Origin: Bryobacterales bacterium
Lineage (GTDB): Bacteria; Acidobacteriota; Terriglobia; Bryobacterales; UBA6623
Assembly (NCBI GenBank): GCA_965242705.1
Contig: OZ251486.1
Coordinates: forward strand, 3,151,806-3,215,805
Reading direction: 5' to 3'
DNA: 64,000 bases
This document shows, in pieces, positions 63,752 through 64,000 of this stretch; position 1 is the stretch's first letter, and each line of letters begins with the position of its first letter. Under the pieces are notes generated by a model that had not been told where the DNA came from, ran no database searches, and saw nothing but the letters and a program-made list of their open reading frames with translations. A program made the translations under genes and the position numbers.

Positions 63752-64000
63752 ACCACTTTTATTATACCGAGTTGCGGCGCGGCGGTTCCTCCGCCCGCGG
63801 CTGGAGAAAAAGATGGACGATCGCGGCGGCGGGCGCGAAGAGGCATTCGCAATCGCGTTTCCCCTTCGGTCTTGTTCCCGCCCTTGAAAATGCGCCGGCG
63901 GGTATCATAGGCAAACGGAGGGGCGGAAAGTTTTGGCGTCGTCGATGCGGAAACGCGCGATCCGAGGAGAAAATTTGCGGCCGCAGGGTTTCGCCGCCTT

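Noticed and set aside
63918-64000. Possible start of a plus-strand gene at the right edge (GGAGGGG, then TTG/ATG ..MRKRAIRGENL..).
   Set aside because: Fewer than 25 codons are visible and there is no recognisable motif. The support is insufficient.

Overview
GC-rich bacterial chromosomal segment. Third codon positions are almost all G/C, which produces many long spurious antisense and alternate-frame ORFs in the track. The gene content points to Acidobacteriota (Solibacter/Bryobacter-like): three large NHL-repeat beta-propeller proteins, one of which carries a C-terminal domain resembling the Solibacter-type TIGR03437 domain. This lineage call is inference from family knowledge only.

Most of the window is housekeeping. 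It includes selA, pyrG, tRNA-Leu(UAG), mmsA, lptE-pssA-psd, an S41 protease, a System-I cytochrome c maturation cluster (ccmE, F, H ... ccmA, B), grpE-dnaJ, lpxB, a rhodanese, two ABC exporters, a GT2, a sulfatase, a fused BC-BCCP-CT acyl-CoA carboxylase, and nudix-pncA-galU-trmB.

Accessory or unusual content:
1. A thioredoxin-fold/PDZ gene directly after selA is interrupted by one in-frame TGA at the second redox position (C-A-P-TGA). I read it as a CxxU selenoprotein, followed by a DsbD-N-like gene.
2. A Mu-like transposable-prophage early region (repressor, MuA, MuB, Gam, GemA, Mor) has no late genes. Two orphan tail genes sit on its left. On its right is a perfect 28-bp repeat / 33-bp spacer / 28-bp repeat unit that looks like a mini-CRISPR array.
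3. There are three hypermutable simple-sequence tracts. An (8-nt)x15 repeat lies upstream of an NHL gene that has no usable start codon in its own frame. A C15 tract lies in the 5' end of a second NHL gene. A G18 tract abuts the ATG of a metallophosphoesterase.
4. A dispersed intergenic element family combines a GCCGCGCC-TGAC-GGCGCGGC hairpin with telomere-like GGGGTTAGGGGTTGGGGG tracts.
5. An AT-richer small-ORF islet (about 45.6-47.9 kb) is built from two alternating junction repeats.

No rRNA and no cas genes were seen. All family assignments come from reading the translations by eye; no database search was run.
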